Of a stretch of DNA of 64,000 nucleotides, positions 13,317 to 24,466 are shown one piece after another (the stretch's first letter is position 1; each line of letters starts with the position of its first letter). The notes below the pieces were generated by a model that was not told the origin of the DNA, ran no database searches, and was given only the letters and a program-made list of their open reading frames with translations. Source of the stretch: Octopus bimaculoides (lineage: Eukaryota); NCBI RefSeq assembly GCF_001194135.2, contig NC_068983.1, positions 145,528,509 through 145,592,508 of the forward strand. Direction: 5' to 3'. A program made the position numbers and the translations under genes.

Positions 13317-13870
13317 CATGGCTGTGTCGGTAAGAAGTTTGCTTCTCAGCTACGTGCTTCCGGTTTCAGTCCCACAACGCGAAACCTTGGACAAAATGTC
13401 TTCTTCATTGTGAGTGAATTTGGTAGACGGAAACTTTGTGGAAGCCCGAAGGGGTGCTGAAAAGTTCCTAGCTTGGGTAAAAGAAAATACAGGAGGATCA
13501 GTTAATTCTGATTTTATTCAATATATTCCTCTCTCAGATTCACACACTTATTGCAGTGGTTCTTCTGTTATTCTAAGCCCTGTAAAACAACTCAGAAGGT
13601 TGGGTCTCTAACCGAGCCTTTCGAAATACCCTTAAAGCCAGTAACTTTCCAGCACTACTTCGTATGTGTATGCATGTGTGTGTGTCTTTATGTCTGTGTT
13701 TGTTCCTAATGTTGTCACAGTAACTTAGCAGTTCGACAAAAGAGACTGATAGAATAAACATCAAACTTTTTTTTTTAATGCTTAAGTCCTGGGATCGATC
13801 TGTTCGACTAAAACCCTTCCAGGTGGTGCCCCGACATGGCCGTAGCCCAATGACTGAAACAAGCGATAAA
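13317..13870 (+). mobile_element. SINE family B interrupted by a mariner MITE
   Basis: Head catggctgtgtcggtaagaag...gtagacggaaact...gaagcccg; tail gtaacttagcagttcgacaaaagagactgatagaataa...aatgactgaaacaag. Confidence 0.8.
13447..13662. mobile_element. Tc1/mariner-type MITE (~215 bp) nested in SINE B
   Basis: TIRs ggggtgctgaaaagttcctag / ccagtaactttccagcac, followed by TA; same family as 3907-4016. Confidence 0.75.
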
Positions 13871-14111
13871 AAATATAAAGATGTCCTCAGCGACTCAGCT
13901 ATTTCGTTTCTATGCCTTCAGTATTAGTCAGAAGATATCACCATTTCAACTGAGACCATATTGAAAGCTGATACAGAAAAATGAACACCTGTAGTAACTG
14001 GGTGATTAGGGAATTGAATGACAAGAAACGGCAAATCATTCAATAGAAAGATGAGAGCTACACAGCAACAGTAACATGAACAAGGCTTTGATTGTACCCT
14101 AATATTTGTTG

Positions 14112-14190
14112 TTACCGCTGTAGTTGTTGTTGTTGTTGTTGTTGCTTTGGTCTACTGGTCTCTTTGTTACTTGAACTACTGACAGATTTA
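14112..14190 (-). CDS. Candidate terminal exon of the sulfotransferase-like gene
   Basis: Acceptor tcattatttacag| at 14191/14190; phase 2 matches the donor at 15191; reads (C)KSVSSSSNKETSRPKQQQQQQQLQR*. Confidence 0.3.
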
Positions 14191-14877
14191 CTGTAAATAA
14201 TGATTGCTACTATTGACTCAAGCTCACACATTTTAGGAGAGGAGTGGAGCCGATTTAATCCACACCAGTATTACTTTACACATATGTGTGTGTGTATGTA
14301 TATGTGTGTGTGTGTGTATGCACATATAACTACATATAGGCATGTATGCGTGTATGTGCATATATATTTATGTATTGTAGTAGTAGTAGTAGTTGAAAAA
14401 GATTTGGCTGCAATTTCTTGCAGATCTAGCAACCAAGTACAAGTTTCCTTGCTATCTTATTGTGTGTGTGTACATACATATACATGTGTGTGTTGTGTGT
14501 GCGTGTGTACATACATATACATGTGTGTGTGCGCGCGCGCATATATAAGAGGGGTTGAATAGTTTACTATTTTCATAGTTGAGATCACTTTTTGGGGTTT
14601 TTTTTTTTTTTGATAGGGGGTCAGATTCACAACTGATTGCGTGTATGGAGTAAATATGACAGGCTTCTGCATAGTTTCCGTCTCACAAATTCCACACACA
14701 AAGGAATTCGTCAGCATGGAGTTAAGCTACAAGAAACATACCTAAAGTGCTCTGCAGTGGAATCGAACCAAGAGCGATATATTTGCAAAATGAACTTCTT
14801 AACAATGCGGCTATTCTAACAGCCAAAGTATTTTATTTTATCAGCGCCAAAATAATTCTTTCTAATTTTGATGCAAG

Positions 14878-14957
14878 TGGAGGCACATGGCCTAGTATTT
14901 AGAGCAGTAGACTCACGGTCGAGCGATCGCGGGTTCGAATCTCTGACCGGCGATGTG
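14878..14957 (+). mobile_element. SINE family C head (tRNA-like), cut by an N gap
   Basis: tggaggcacatggcctagt...gggttcgaatctctgaccgg with A/B boxes; related to 16051 and 24467. Confidence 0.75.
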
Positions 14958-15190
14958 NNNNNNNNNNNNNNNNNNNNNNNNNNNNNNNNNNNNNNNNNNN
15001 NNNNNNNNNNNNNNNNNNNNNNNNNNNNNNNNNNNNNNNNNNNNNNNNNNNNNNNNNGGCCACAGTCAAAAGACTGAAACAAGTAAAAGAGTAAAAGAGA
15101 TATATGTACGCTATATAGTATAGTATGTGAAACCAATGCCGGATATCACTTTAATTCCTTTGTATTAATTTGTGGTCTCCAATTTCTTAC

Positions 15191-15362
15191 CACATTCTTT
15201 GTCCTCCAGGTGCTTCGAATGTTAATAGCCTGATTCTTACTTTACACAAATGAAAGTCGAACATTGTACAACAGATATGAGTTTCCATATAGACATAACC
15301 TAAAGCTTGGCGTCCAAACATAGGTCGTAGAAATGTCAGTTCACTTGCCTCGCTAATATCCT
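15191..15362 (-). CDS. Exon of the sulfotransferase-like gene (C-terminal region)
   Basis: Acceptor tttcatatatttccag; donor atgtg|gtaaga at 15191/15190. Frame EDISEASELTFLRPMFGRQALGYVYMETHICCTMFDFHLC resembles the CHST C-terminal LYxxYxxDFxMF(N/G)Y. Exact acceptor and phase unresolved (15362 or 15360). Confidence 0.55.
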
Positions 15363-15563
15363 CTGGAAATATATGAAACACGTGAAACCCCATTGTTTTT
15401 TTTTTTCACCTGATAATTAATTCTTGTTTTGATTTGTTTGGGGGATTTTTATGCTTTGGCGGTTTGGACAGAGAAAATGATTATGAATAAACAAAAGTCA
15501 TGAAACCTGTGGTTCAATTAAGCTCCAGAAAATCCATGTCGATCTATCCTAGGTTTTACTTAC

Positions 15564-15591
15564 ACACTCATAAAGACAAGCTTGTATGTAA
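15564..15591 (-). CDS. Candidate 28-nt exon (YIQACLYEC)
   Basis: tttattag|ttacat...gagtgt|gtaagt; open only in phase 2 to 0. Confidence 0.25.
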
Positions 15592-15636
15592 CTAATAAAC
15601 CCTAAATAGGATTTCATTCTTGATACATCAAAAAAA

Positions 15637-15855
15637 GGCAGCGAGATGCCAGAATCGTTGGCATGTCAGACCAAATGCTCAGCGGCATTTCGTCTAGCTT
15701 TACGTTCTGAGTTCAAATGCTGCCGAGGTTGACTTTGCTTTTCATCTTTTCGGGGTCGATAAAACAAAGTAGCAGTCAAGTACTGGTGGTGATCATTGTG
15801 ATCGACTTCCCTCTCCTTCTAAAACTGCAGGCCTTGTGCCAAAAATAAGAAAGAA
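15637..15855 (+). mobile_element. SINE family A
   Basis: Full-length match to family A consensus. Confidence 0.85.
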
Positions 15856-16050
15856 TCAATATATTAAGAAAGGCGGTGAGCTGAAATAAAGTGGAAATAC
15901 CAAATTTACTTTCCACTTTATTTCACGTGCTTCCGTCGATTCTATTCATTATTATTGTGACTTGATGCCGATATGAGAAATCATTATTAGAAGACATTTG
16001 TAAGTATTGTAACAACGACAAGGAAGTTCCAGAAATACCTGGGACTACGT

Positions 16051-16420
16051 GTTGGCACTCCGTCGCTTACGAAGTCAAGGATTCCAGTTGATCCGATCAA
16101 CGGAACAGCCTGCTCGTGAAATTAACGTGCAAGTGGCTGATCACTCCACAGACACGTAGTTCTCGGGAATATTCAGCGTGACACAGTGTGACAAGGCTGA
16201 CCCTTTGAATTACTGGCACAACAGAAACAGGAAGTAAGAGTGAGAGAAAGTTGTGGTGAAAGAGTACAGCAGGGTTTGCCACCATCCCCTGCCGGAGCCT
16301 CGTGGGGCTTTTAGGTGTTTTCACTCAATAAACACGCACAACGCCCGGTCTGGGAATCGAAACCGCGATCCTATGACCGCGAGTCCGCTGCCCTAACCAC
16401 TGGGCCATTGCGCCTCCACA
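16051..16420 (-). mobile_element. tRNA-derived SINE family C (young, near full length)
   Basis: Minus-strand head tggaggcgcaatggcccagtggttagggcagcggactcgcggtc...gtttcgattcc; nearly identical to 24467-24850 apart from a 13-nt deletion and scattered substitutions. Confidence 0.9.
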
Positions 16421-16853
16421 CCCGGGACTACATTATATATCTAAAACACCAATGTGTGTGTGTGTTTGATTCTCTTTGGACCAGGTCGAACGACTACGTA
16501 AGAACTGATGTGATATCGAACGCTTTTGGAATATAACCCCAAATTATCAGTAATACAGAATGTATCAATTTGACTACACTACTTCGGAATCTCTTAAGGT
16601 TTCGTTAGGGTTAAACCAATGACCATGCAAGCCAGAAGAAAGAATTTATCCACCATGTCATTTCTCGCCGTGAGGTAAAGTAATATCTAATGTTTGGACA
16701 TAGTCGTACTTCGTTTGTTTTCGAATTGCCATGCCTAACATCTCAAGACTAGGCCTCACAGTTAATCATCTTTACACACGAACTAGTTTACAAATGTTGA
16801 AATAATATTTTGCTGTGAATTAAAACATTGTGGACAGACTGTTTTATACTTAC

Positions 16854-16862
16854 CTTAAGAGA
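16854..16862 (-). CDS. Candidate 9-nt microexon
   Basis: attctaaatttcgtag|TCTCTTAAG|gtaagt: pyrimidine-rich acceptor and perfect AG/GTAAGT donor; phase 2 gives ILL after ...RESYQ. Confidence 0.35.
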
Positions 16863-17147
16863 CTACGAAATTTAGAATTTAATTGTTTTTATTTGCATGT
16901 ATATATTTTGAGCATATATACTAGATTGTGATTCTTATGATGTTCATACACACACACACATACATACACATAAATACATACATATGTAGGATAGATAGAT
17001 AGATAGATAGATATGGAGTGAGAGAGAAAGAGAGAATATAGATTTTCGTGAATATTAATATTCTTCGAGTCAGAGTAAGGCAAATTTTTTGTAGAGAACG
17101 GTATGATCGATTGCACCTACCCGAGGGTACAAATGATGCACATTTAC

Positions 17148-17300
17148 ATCTGATAACTTTCTCGATTCCAGATTAAATGAAAAACCGAAGTAAAACTCAA
17201 TAGAATTGGTAGTGAGACTGGTCGGTATCGAAGTAGTTGTAGTAAAACATTCAGTCCGGAGTATTCTGGTATCTCGACCAACTCCACCATAGTTGGATTT
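17148..17300 (-). CDS. Exon of the sulfotransferase-like gene
   Basis: Acceptor ttattaccag| at 17301/17300; reads NPTMVELVEIPEYSGLNVLLQLLRYRPVSLPILLSFTSVFHLIWNRESYQ, aligning to CHST xTFxEFV...HWxPx..PCxIxYDxVGKL; probable donor cagat|gtaaat. Confidence 0.6.
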
Positions 17301-17360
17301 CTGGTAATAATGCAATACTTATGCATCAGTGATATAAAACCCACACTCAACTCGTATTAC

Positions 17361-18533
17361 TCGACTTCTGGTTTCTGTCTATGATAAGCATCAAGCATTA
17401 CTTTCTTTGGATGTCTGACAAAAAATAGTTTCTCTTTGGTAGATGTCAACATGTTATCATTTGCATTGTCCTTGGGTTCTAGCGATGTACTCTCTAATTT
17501 GGGATCGCTGTTTCGCATTTTTCTTTGCGGTTTATCTCCAACAATAAGCGAATGGACCAAACAATGACTGCTATTCGTGTTGAATTTCTGCTGCAAGAAT
17601 CTACACAAAGGAGCTTTATCTGCTGGCCGATATGCATCTCTGCACGTACACACCAATTTCGCCGTCTCTCTCAGGAGACCAATATCTTTTTTCAACAGCT
17701 CTCGCATCAAGATATTCTTTTTAATTGGTTTAGCTTTTATCAAGGATCCGTGAACTGGATAGATTGATTTCCAATCGACATTGATAAAGCCCTGGTTCAC
17801 TTTTGAAGAATAATTTTCTCCTACATCACTAGACACTTCTCGAATATTCTCTTTGTTGTTAAATCTTGATCGGGAATTATTAGTAATGTTAAGTATTCCT
17901 TTACTATTTCGTTGTAGTTCCTTTTTGTATTTCAAAGATGTTCCATTTTTCATAATCCTTGTTCTTTTCTTTTGTTTGCTCATTTTTTTACTGTTTTGAA
18001 TAGGAACTTTACATTTTCTTTCTGAATGACCATACGTTTGCAGAACACGTCGAGTTGAAGTTTTTCCACTTGAAGATGTCGGTACAGTCGGCTTTTCTGC
18101 TGTTTTTCGTTTAGCTAAAAAATTAACAGAATCATTGTTCTCTTTGGAGTGTAGCTTTTCTTGACGAGATCTTGTATTTAATGTTAAACCCGATTTCTTA
18201 CCTGATGTTGGATTTGATGAATATATTTGAGGGTTAGGATTTTTCTCTTTAGGTAAATAATGAGGTGGCTGTTTTTTATGGTTAAAATTCAGCTTTTCCG
18301 GGCGAGTACTGGCATTTTTTTTATCAGTAGCTACAATACAGGTTTTTATTCGGCTTATTGGCACCGTCTGACTAGTTTTGTCGTTTGTTTTGTTTCCACT
18401 GACGTTAACATCATTCAGTTGGTTTCTGGTGGGTTTGTTTGAACGACCAGAAGTAATTGTTTTCTTCGTGAGATGCAACCAGTTCTTAAAAGGTGTGCCA
18501 CCTGCTTCTGTTCCATTGTTAACATTGGTAGTC
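17361..18533 (-). CDS. Large exon of a divergent carbohydrate sulfotransferase-like protein (Sulfotransfer_2 / HNK-1ST-CHST type) with a long K/S/T/N-rich stem
   Basis: 1173-nt open exon: acceptor ttcaatttcttgacag| at 18534/18533, donor gtcga|gtaata at 17361/17360. C-terminal part has LIVGDK, PKLESTSL (5'-PSB-like) and LFFVRHPKKVMLDAY (3'-PSB-like) in the expected order. Family call by motif recall only. Confidence 0.75.
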
Positions 18534-18647
18534 CTGTCAAGAAATTGAATATTTTAAATTTTCTATTACGACTCTTTGATAACAAAGCGAAGCGACAAAC
18601 AATAGGCGGAGGCAGTTGGTCTCCAGCCCTAAACATTCTCTATATCA

Positions 18648-18700
<53 letters not shown>

Positions 18701-19312
18701 TATGTATGTACGTATTCATGCATGTACGTATGTATGTCATTATTCAGCTTTATTTCAAGATTTTTTTGCCAGTAGAGAAAGGGCCTGTTTCTAACCTAGA
18801 TCCAAGGCCCCTTCATTCGAATTTCAGCAATATGAACAGAGTATTTTTGTATGTATGCATGCATGTATATGTGCAGATTCGTATGTTTTGTTTTATGTAT
18901 GTATTCTCTTGCATATAGTTACATATCTATACATTCTCATATATACATAAACGATAGAGTTCTGGAAGGTTTTACAAATTTTTACATTTCCAGTGATAGA
19001 TTGAATCTGTAATCTTTGAATCAGCTATCTCTTTTCTGGTTTTGAGAAGCCTAATTTCTCAAGATTGGCATTTAGGCAGTGTGTTACACATCCCCTATGT
19101 ATGTATGTATGTATGTATGTTACTTTTCCCAACAAAGTCACCACGAATCACTAATTTTACAACTAGCTATTTTGATTGTTGCAAATCAGTAATCGATGGT
19201 CGCTTTATTTACAATATGCTGTTAGCGATAGCCGACTCTGGCTATCGCTCTGGCATGCAGGTGCTTGCGACTGAGGATGAGCCGAATAGCTCGAAACGGT
19301 TCAATATGATTA

Positions 19313-19359
<47 letters not shown>

Positions 19360-20059
19360 GTTCCATCTCGGCAACCCAATGCTACATGGGTAATCTCAGA
19401 ATTATGGAAACCCTCATAAACTTATTGAGACTAGCCACTAATAACAGGAAGAAACTACACGAAGAACACTGGTTGCTATAGCAACAACAGTCTGCACATG
19501 ACACCTTCCTCCTTCCTTCCCTACCCTCCGCACACCACCACCACATACACATACATCTAAGCAACAACCTTTTCCAACTACCGCTTTTCCGAATGTCCTG
19601 AAGACAAATATAGAAATACAAGGTAAAACTGCAACTTTTTGTTTTCTTTTCCTTTTGCCAACATTGAAACTTTTAAAGTTTTACCATTGATAATCAAAAA
19701 ATATTGTTGAAACTAGTTTGGTATATACATAAATAAATTTATTTTAAACAATTACAAGTTTTCCAAATTTAGGTGCATTTTCAACAACAAATTTGCTTAT
19801 ATATATATATAATTCTTTTCTCTTATTTTTCAGTCATTGTAGTCCAGTCAAGCCGGAGCGTCACCGTGAAGGGTTTAATCGAACAGATCGATCTCAGTAC
19901 TTATTTTTTAGTGTCTGGTATTTATTCTGTCTGTGTCATGCCGAATCGTAAAGTTACTGGGACGTAAACAAACCAACACCACACACTGCTAAAGATATTC
20001 AAGGTTCAGGTGGTGGTGGTAAACTGGGATATGGATTAAGTCACGCAACCATCAAAATA

Positions 20060-20771
20060 GGATCTTTCCAATTTGGCTGCCAATTTTCGAAAATTCAAAG
20101 TTTGTAGAAAATTTTAAAATTTGGTACATTAATGTAGTTTTCCAAGCTGAATCTCAGGAGATATTTCACTTTTTCCAGAAAATTTTTTAAAAAGTTACTG
20201 AGGTTTAAAGTTTGATAATTTTCACTCGGTCAAAAAATTGGATTTGGTATTTTGTGCTCGACAGCACGTGTTGTCAACTGTAAACAAATCAAATTTTGCT
20301 TTATGCACGCCATATAACCCCCTCATAACTTTTTTTATTTTTTGGAATTTTCAGAAAAGTTTTGTCAATTTATATTCTATACACGAGAATTCGTGCGATT
20401 ATCCAAAAATAAAACAAAAAATTTTTGGTGCGTGATTTAAGACTTATTTGGCTGTTATTTTTAGTACATCTGACGACCACCTCAATGAGTGGAATATATT
20501 ATTCGACACGTGCTTTCTTGCAGACAAAAGAATTCTCATGCTTGACTTGTTACTATGGAAAAAGGCATGGATATGTCTTTGGCTTACGATTGGCTAAAAT
20601 TACCCAAAATTTGCAAACTTTAAAAGCTAATGACTTTATTTATTGCTTTATTGCGAAAATGAATTTCAAAGCAGTGATTAACATACAAAACCATATCATT
20701 ATGCAGAATATAAAATCAATTCGAGCAGGAATTGAAGACATTGAAAATTGGCAGCCAAACAGAACAGATCC
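20060..20771. mobile_element. ~710-bp MITE with ~29-bp TIRs
   Basis: ggatctttccaatttggctgccaattttc at 20060 versus gaaaattggcagccaaacagaacagatcc at 20743-20771; body repeated at 20919-21547 and 49099-49745. Confidence 0.8.
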
Positions 20772-20918
20772 CCAAAATCTTCCAGCAATACCCATCCAAA
20801 TCCATCTCAAATCATGTCCTATGTCTTGTAAAAGGATCCACTGATAATGTGGTTTTGAGTACACTCTGTTTAAGAAAATATGATAAAATCATGGCTAGAA
20901 CGCCTTTAAATATAGGTC

Positions 20919-21547
20919 GGATCTTTTATTCAAAGTTTAGTGAAAATTTTAAAATTTGGTGTACTGATGTAATTTTCCACGCTGAATCTCAGGAAATAAT
21001 TCACTTTTTCAAAAAAAAAATGTTTAAAAAAGTTACAGAGGTTTGATAATTTTCACCCAGTCAGAAAACAGGATTTTGAAGCTCTCATTTTGTGCGTGAC
21101 AGCACGTGTTGTCAACTGTAATAAAATGAAATATTGGCGGAATTCTGCTTTACGCACGCCACATAACCCCTCATAATTTTTTCATTTTTTGGGAATTTTC
21201 AAAAATTTTTGCGAATTCTCCACACGGGAATTCTTACGATTATTTTTGCAAATTCTACAAACGGGAATTCGTACGATTATGCAAAAACCAAAACAAAAAT
21301 TTCTTGTGCGTGATTTAAGGTCTATTTAGCTATTATTTTTAGCACATTTCACGACCCCTCCCCCATTTAATAAGTTAAAAATGACCACGCGAATAAACAG
21401 TTTGTAACAGCTTGGCTTGTTAATATGGAAACAGGCACCTATATGTCTATGGCTTTCGATTGGGTAAAATTACCCAAAATTTATTAACTCTTTATTTATT
21501 GATTTATGGAGAAAATGAATTTCAGGTCAAAGATTAGCATACAAAAC
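20919..21547. mobile_element. Second, tandem partial copy of the 710-bp MITE
   Basis: Collinear similarity to 20060-20690 (gctgaatctcagg, gacagcacgtgttgtcaactgta, gattgggtaaaattacccaaaattt). Confidence 0.8.
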
Positions 21548-21790
21548 TACATTGTCAGACACCAGTAACGTATAATAGTTAGAGGGCATATGACTCTAAT
21601 TTACAAAGTCAGGTTTATATCCTACATGAGAAATCTATTTTAAACTTCATCATCAACCCAAGGACACTATTGTCTTCAAGACCTAGTATTCCAAGGGCTG
21701 GTTACCCAGTTTCCATGGCGTATAGATCACCGAGATAACAACAGTCCCTCTGAACGGACCGCCAGTGCGTCGTAGATATAAGATATTAGA

Positions 21791-22003
21791 AAGGCGGTGA
21801 GCTGGCAGAATCGTTAGCACACCGGGGAAAATGCTTAGCAACGTTTATTCTGTCGTTACGTCCTGAGTTCAAATTCTGCCAGAGTCGACTTTGCCTTTCA
21901 TCCTTTCGGGGTCGATAAAATAAGTACCAGTTGAACACTGGTGTCGATGTAATCGACTTACACCCTCCCCCATTGTTGCTGGCATTCCGACAAAATTGAA
22001 ACC
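21791..22003 (+). mobile_element. SINE family A
   Basis: Full-length, well conserved match to consensus. Confidence 0.9.
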
Positions 22004-22025
22004 GATATGAGATAAAAGAACTTAC

Positions 22026-22210
22026 TTCAGAAAAATAAGCGCTCGTTGTTTGCTCTTTTGATATTCCCATAGCAATAATTGATAATTTAAAACTTTTCCA
22101 GAGGAGTTGTTTTCTGTAGTTCGACTTAGTTCCTGTCTTTTCTGGCTATTATTGTTGTTATTAGCATTATTTTTTGATAAATGAATTTTCAATATTCTGG
22201 TCACAGGACT
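22026..22210 (-). CDS. Candidate upstream exon of the sulfotransferase-like gene
   Basis: ttcatattttatag|AGTCCT...TTTCTGAA|gtaagt; 185 nt open in phase 0 to 2, matching the phase-2 acceptor at 18533; SPVTRILKIHLSKNNANNNNNSQ...QRALIFLK. Confidence 0.35.
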
Positions 22211-22375
22211 CTATAAAATATGAACGAATATTGACTCACTACATTAGTAAAGGTACGCAAATTTGTAATAACAGTAACAACAATAACAACTACTATTACC
22301 ACAACAACAGCATCAACAGCATCATCATTTACAACAACGACGACGACGACAAGAATAACAACAACAACAAGAGTG

Positions 22376-23413
22376 CAAACCTCCGCCAAGGCAACACCAA
22401 TGTCCTCTCAACGATTAGCGGAAGATGATTTTTAAAATGAGAATGTCTGAAGTAAACTCGACTGCTCTCACAAACGAGAATACTGAAAAAAAGAACACGA
22501 CCGCTCTCAAAAATTAAGTTTAAAAAAACGGAGAAATAACCCAGAATCCTTGTCCGGTACCTGATCGATCCCAATGGTAGTCATGGAATGTGAAGGTGGG
22601 TGTGCGAGCCGTGTTTGTAATGCTGTGTGTATGTCGTCTGCAGTGGGAACAGGGACAGTTTTCTCTATGAAGGCCTTTTCTAGTCTATCCGCTGATAGTA
22701 TCTTTACGACCATTAAGGTCTATAGTGAAAATTCTATCCGTGCGCGAAAGAAAACGAAAAGGACCTGCATACGGTGCTGATAACGGAGGTTCAACAATAT
22801 CATTGCGTACAAAAACGCGAGTCCAAGAAGTAAAGCTTCCTTCAAGGCAGAGCTAGAAATGCAATTGTCAAGTAAGTGAGAGGTTTTAAACAGGAGCGGT
22901 ATATTCTAAATTGGTAAAACTAAAAAATTGTCGAGGATAAATTAAATTTATTATTGTTACTGAATATGTTAGTGTTAATTAATTTCTGAACGGTTTTGCT
23001 ACCGTTTGTTTATGTAGTTTGATTTTGTTATCCATCAGTTTCTACTAAGAAAGAGACGCGAGTAAAATTAATAATAGAGAAACGAAAATAAAACTTTAGC
23101 AACAGCAACGCCGCCATAACTTACGTGGAAACCATGAGCGTGCTTTCAAGGGAGATAATCAGAGAAAGACTTGAAAGTCAATGTAAGATCGTAATACTTT
23201 ATATAAAGTAAAGTAAATATAACAAATAATCTAGAATCCTTGTCTCGTACCGGATCGATCCCCAAATCTAATCAGTTCGTGCCAGTCACGAGGCCAAACA
23301 TCCCAAAAGTTTCATACGAATCTATCCAGTGGTTCTTGAGATATCCTTTCCACGGACAAACAAACAAACACGACTGAAAACAATATCTCCGCCTTCCCTA
23401 AGGCAGAGGTAAT
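22376..23413. mobile_element. Non-autonomous Helentron/HINE-like element with internal captured DNA
   Basis: Sub-terminal motif acctccgccaagg (22379-22391); terminal hairpin tctccgcctt-ccct-aaggcagagg(t) (23386-23410) preceded by (CAAA)n; internal 39-bp direct repeat at 22534-22572 and 23224-23262. Confidence 0.55.
22660..22825 (-). mobile_element. Gypsy LTR-retrotransposon integrase C-terminal (GPY/F) fragment
   Basis: Translates TRVFVRNDIVEPPLSAPYAGPFRFLSRTDRIFTIDLNGRKDTIS, then by frameshift DRLEKAF; this is the typical GPY/F end of Gypsy integrase. Confidence 0.75.
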
Positions 23414-23419
23414 AATGAC

Positions 23420-23720
23420 TGCTTTTAGAATATGCCACCCAAATCTGGCAATGAAGGACTATATTTACCACGAATACAAAGTGGTAGGAGCCATATACAG
23501 CTAGAACATTATTACAAAATATCAATTATAGAACTACAAATATATCTAGTGCAGTATTATGGAAAATTAATACAAATAACTACGAAAATCGAACAAAAAT
23601 GCTTTCTGCTTCAAGTGAACCAACAAATACAAAACAGAGGTTACAATAACAGAGATCTGGGAAGAAAACGGAGAAACAATAACAGAAATCGTAAAATGGT
23701 TAATCCACATTACTCCGTGA
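23420..23720 (+). mobile_element. Dong/R4-type non-LTR retrotransposon fragment
   Basis: KSGNEGLYLPRIQSGRSHIQLEHYYKISIIELQIYL resembles the post-RT motif RLYLPRxxGGRGLxxxE...YL of R4/Dong/NeSL elements. Confidence 0.55.
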
Positions 23721-24466
23721 GGAGATTAGGGCCAGTTTATCGGTTTTTCCGGTGTATATATTCCTCCCTGGACGGGACGCTGGTCCGTCGCATGATTTCT
23801 CATTTTCCCCTGCTGAGTGGACTGGGGCAACGTGAAATGAAGTGTTTTGCTCAAGAGTGCATCGCCCGGTCCGGGATCGAAATCACAATCTTACGGTCAT
23901 GTGTCCAACACCCAAACTACTAAACCATACGCCCCCAAGAAATCGTGATATGTTATGATAAAATGATGGCAACAAAAACCCTTATGGCGTAATATATAAA
24001 GTAATTCTAGATATTGTTTGGCTAAGAAAAAAATTCACCTTTGATCATAGATTTGCTCAGACAGAGCTTACTTGGAGTAAATATTTCAATTGTGCACTCT
24101 GAAAGGTATCAGTAGTATAGTAAAAAAAAAACTACTGACCCCTTGGCTAACAATGACGTCCCGGGTTCAATCCAGCAGTCTCGGGATAACAAAAGCCTTG
24201 TAAAGGAACTCGGATAGACGGAAACTTTAGCGAAGCCCATCCGATGAATTTTACTTGCAATTCAACGGTCTAGCCTTGACAGACACACTATATCATGCTG
24301 AGTCTACCTGTGAATTTCATTAAGAGTATACGTTTCTCTATGGAATACTCAACCACTGAATTCGCTAAATTCAATGGGTTGGTTGAATCGAAATCGACGT
24401 GAGAGTCTTATCATATCGCAGGCCCATATTGAACGGACAGTTCTGGAACTTTGATTCCCACAATCC

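Noticed and set aside
15882-15925. 16-bp inverted repeat tgaaataaagtggaaa / tttccactttatttca
   Set aside because: Short and partly derived from SINE sequence at a repeat junction.
16051-16420. tRNA genes at SINE heads
   Set aside because: A/B boxes are present but embedded in multi-copy SINE bodies without a full cloverleaf; not bona fide tRNAs.
19382-19621. Cys-rich minus ORF with a hydrophobic stretch, considered as the transmembrane exon of the sulfotransferase-like gene
   Set aside because: Only weak donors (GTTTAT, GTAGCA) in the required phase; partly built from simple repeats.
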